Below are positions 31,417-32,000 of a stretch of DNA of 32,000 nt, piece by piece. Both the position numbers and the translations under genes were made by a program. The stretch is from Deinococcus radiodurans R1 = ATCC 13939 = DSM 20539 (lineage in GTDB: Bacteria > Deinococcota > Deinococci > Deinococcales > Deinococcaceae): the NCBI RefSeq assembly GCF_000008565.1, contig NC_001263.1:1860726-1892725 (forward strand). Direction: 5' to 3'. Each line of letters starts with the position of its first letter. Positions within the stretch are counted from its first letter, which is position 1. The notes beneath the pieces are model-generated. The model was not told the DNA's origin, made no database searches, and worked only from the letters and a program-made list of their open reading frames with translations.

Positions 31417-32000
31417 ATGACTGCGCGCATCACCTCCGTCGAAGCCCTGCCCTACCGCCTGCCGCTCACGTCCAAACTCGCCTGGGGCGCGCACTCCGCG
31501 CTGAGCGCCGCCGAGCACGTGCTGGTGCGCGTCACCCTCAGCGACGGCAGCGTGGGCGTGGCCGAAGCGACCCCGCGCCCGACCATCTACGGCGAGACGC
31601 CGGGCAGCGTGACGGCCATCTTGCAGCACCTCGAACCCGCGCTGCTGGGGCTCGACATCGCGGACGAGGCGGCATTGAACCGGGTGCGCGGCAGTGTCGC
31701 GGGCAACCACACGGCGCGGGGCGCGCTCGACATGGCGCTGTGGGAAGCGCGGGCGGCGTCACGCGGGCAAAGCCTCTTCGACACGCTGCTCGGGCCTCAC
31801 GAGCGGGTGCGGGTCAGCTTCATTCTGGGCATCGCCCCCCCTGCCGAGATGCTGGCCGAGGCCGAACGGGTGGTGGCGGCGGGCGTGCGCTGCCTGAAGG
31901 TGAAGGTGGGACGCCACGCCGCACAGGACCTGCAAGTGATTGCCGAGCTGCGCCGCCGCTACGGAGACGACGTGCAGCTCTATGCCGACAGCAACGACGC
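31417..32000 (+). CDS. Enolase-superfamily enzyme (mandelate racemase/muconate lactonizing family, dipeptide-epimerase-like), 5' part
   Basis: Not in the track (no stop in the window). Manual translation from ATG 31417, preceded by GGAGG: [61 protein letters not shown]...[12 protein letters not shown]...CLKVKVGR...LYADSN. Confidence 0.8.
   Translation, partial: MTARITSVEALPYRLPLTSKLAWGAHSALSAAEHVLVRVTLSDGSVGVAEATPRPTIYGETPGSVTAILQHLEPALLGLDIADEAALNRVRGSVAGNHTARGALDMALWEARAASRGQSLFDTLLGPHERVRVSFILGIAPPAEMLAEAERVVAAGVRCLKVKVGRHAAQDLQVIAELRRRYGDDVQLYADSND

Overview
High-GC (about two-thirds G+C) bacterial chromosomal segment. Gene content, gene order (relA ... glgB/msrA ... comEC-comEA/gatA/ohr ... 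mraZ-rsmH-ftsL-ftsI) and the intergenic repeat families match my memory of Deinococcus, probably D. radiodurans chromosome 1. That assignment is recall only and cannot be verified here. I call about 36 protein genes, nearly all housekeeping: mraY, ffh, relA/spoT, an FKBP isomerase, a DoxX protein, a DppA-like peptidase, a PadR pair, glgB, msrA, a Ser/Thr kinase, comEA/comEC, gatA, ohr, a TSUP exporter, tsaC, scpB, pilC, mraZ-rsmH-ftsL-ftsI, a 4Fe-4S protein, a P-loop protein and an enolase-superfamily enzyme. I recognise no rRNA, tRNA, CRISPR array, transposase, phage gene or known defence gene, and no convincing novel multi-gene system. The unusual content is mostly noncoding. (1) Three copies of a 130-169 bp MITE-like small noncoding repeat whose TA-flanked termini sit exactly on two stop codons and on one -10 box. 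(2) A roughly 600 bp imperfect palindrome of mosaic repeats downstream of comEC, whose terminal modules are G-quadruplex/hairpin motifs. A separate G4 motif overlaps a nearby promoter. (3) A pervasive leaderless-promoter signature (TAnnnT 5-9 nt before the start codon) that also lets me reset many start codons. (4) A DUF4388/PATAN-like gene split by a frameshift. (5) Several candidate operators: a PadR palindrome, MraZ-type GTGG repeats, and direct repeats in the divergent region between the Fe-S and P-loop genes. The many long antisense ORFs in the track are GC artefacts.
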